Below are positions 62,442 through 64,000 of a stretch of DNA of 64,000 nt, piece after piece; positions within the stretch are counted from its first letter, which is position 1, and each line of letters opens with the position of its first letter. The notes beneath the pieces were generated by a model. That model was given only the letters and a program-made list of their open reading frames with translations, was not told where the DNA came from and made no database searches. The stretch is from Spizellomyces punctatus DAOM BR117 (Eukaryota), in assembly GCA_000182565.2 (NCBI GenBank), contig KQ257450.1. One strand, given 5' to 3'. The position numbers were made by a program, and so were the translations under genes.

Positions 62442-64000
62442 ATGCGCAATAGCTCTGCCTGCCTCTTGGGCAATGTAGAGTCCGTACTCGCTTGCATCAA
62501 TGCAGGAGAATGGGACAGTGCATCCACTCTCGTCGAGAGTCTTACAGACCTTTCCTCTCCCAATGCCTCACTTTCGAGTCTGACGGACCCACCTCTGGCG
62601 AAGGCGCACTCTAATATTCCGGCCAAACCCGTGCGGTCAAAGTCGATCACGGCCAAAATTGGAACGTTCATTTTTGGGCCTCAAACTGTTGCACAGACGA
62701 TGCCGGCTGATGTGGACGAGAATGGAATTGATGATCAGGCACAGAGGATGCAGGAGATGTTGAGGATGCTGTTGCAGTCGCATCAAGCTTTGCGGGAAGA
62801 GCTAGCAGAGAGTAAGTGTCGTGTGTGCATGGCGCTGATTTTTTTTTTTGTGTTGGTGTTACTCTGGTGGCATGAGATGTGAGGCGCCAATCTCTTGATT
62901 TTCTCAACTCACACATGGCAAACACGCAGACACTGCCCAAGCGAAAAAGGATTTGCGCCTCGAGCCGAACCCCATGGACTTGTACCGACATACTGCCAGC
63001 CTACCAACTCCGCCTGGTCCATATACCCCGGCTTCCATGGATAATGGCCCAATCGATGGCCCCGCAGCTCCGCTCCTCTCTAACGGAAATAGCGACGAGG
63101 TTGTCAACGAATGCATACGCGTGGTGAATGCTATTGGAAATGGTGACTTTTCCCAACGTGTTTCCCTCTCTGGGGCCTCTCCCCTGCACGCCGCGCTTTC
63201 CGTTAGCATCAACTCTACCGTCGAACGTTTGGACACAGTCATCACACCCATGAACAAAGTGTTGAATGATATTGGTACTGAAGGCAAATTGGGTGCTCAG
63301 GTGGAGGTAGGGGAATCCACAGGCGCCTGGGCCGATCTGGTGACGGGCGTCAACAATGTCACCGGAACCCACAGCGATCGCATCAAGGAGATTGTTGAAG
63401 TATGCAAAGCTGTTGCTGCGGGTGACCTGACCAGGGAGATTCGGGTAGATCTCAAGGGTGATGCGCTCATTTTGAAAGACACGATTAACATGATGGTCAC
63501 CACACTGAGCTCGTTTGCTACTGAGGTAACACATTCTAACCTTTCGTTATGTGTGCTTGAACAAGTGATATTAAAGCATTTGGTATTATGTAGGTCACAA
63601 AGGTGGCGCATCTGGTCGGAACGGAAGGGCAGTTGGGCGTCCAGGCTCAGGTTCACGGTGTCAGTGGAACCTGGGCTGTTCTTACTGACAATGTAAACAG
63701 AATGGCTGCCAATCTAACGGGTGAGTATTTCCTCCATTGTTAAGCGTCGCATGCTCATCTAACGCCTGTACCCTGTTTTAGATCAAGTGCGAGACATTGC
63801 TAATGTGACCAAAGCGATTGCACGAGGTGATTTGAGCAAAAAGGTCCGCGTGGATGGTCGCGGTGAAATTTTGGAGCTCAAGGAGACTGTGAACAGTTTG
63901 GTGGATCAGTTGATAACATTTGCAGCAGAGGTATGCTCGTCCATCATACATACGTGTTCTTGGTAGTGTGTATTTACGGTGAGGTGTAGGTGACTCGAGT
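62442..64000 (+). CDS. Poly-HAMP (group III, NIK1/Os-1-like) hybrid histidine kinase, 5' part only
   Basis: Tandem HAMP repeats: [72 protein letters not shown]. The kinase domain lies beyond the window, and the start codon is uncertain. Confidence 0.85.

Overview
Intron-rich eukaryotic (fungal) genomic DNA, most likely a chytrid of the Spizellomyces type; this is inferred from gene content and a close SpuFz1-like Fanzor. About 22 host genes are recognisable: transportin, DRS1 helicase, Argonaute, ABCB transporter, secreted Cu/Zn SOD, CLC channel, Gfo/Idh/MocA oxidoreductase, alginate-lyase-fold protein, 7TM-RGS protein, velvet factor, R3H protein, DDB2-like WD40 protein, F-box/LRR protein, B12D/NDUFA4-like protein, sirtuin, enoyl-CoA hydratase and a poly-HAMP histidine kinase. 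There are also three tRNA genes. The standout is a complete ~2.27 kb transposase-less element (19462-21731) encoding a Fanzor1, a eukaryotic TnpB/Cas12-like RNA-guided nuclease. It has 30-bp perfect terminal inverted repeats ending in TA, a 5'-CATA TAM-like motif at the left junction, and a structured omegaRNA scaffold at the right end whose guide is the flanking host DNA. The right end also contains tRNA-type A-box and B-box motifs at canonical tRNA spacing, suggesting a tRNA-derived Pol III promoter for the guide RNA. Exon boundaries were read by eye and family assignments come from recalled motifs, not database searches.
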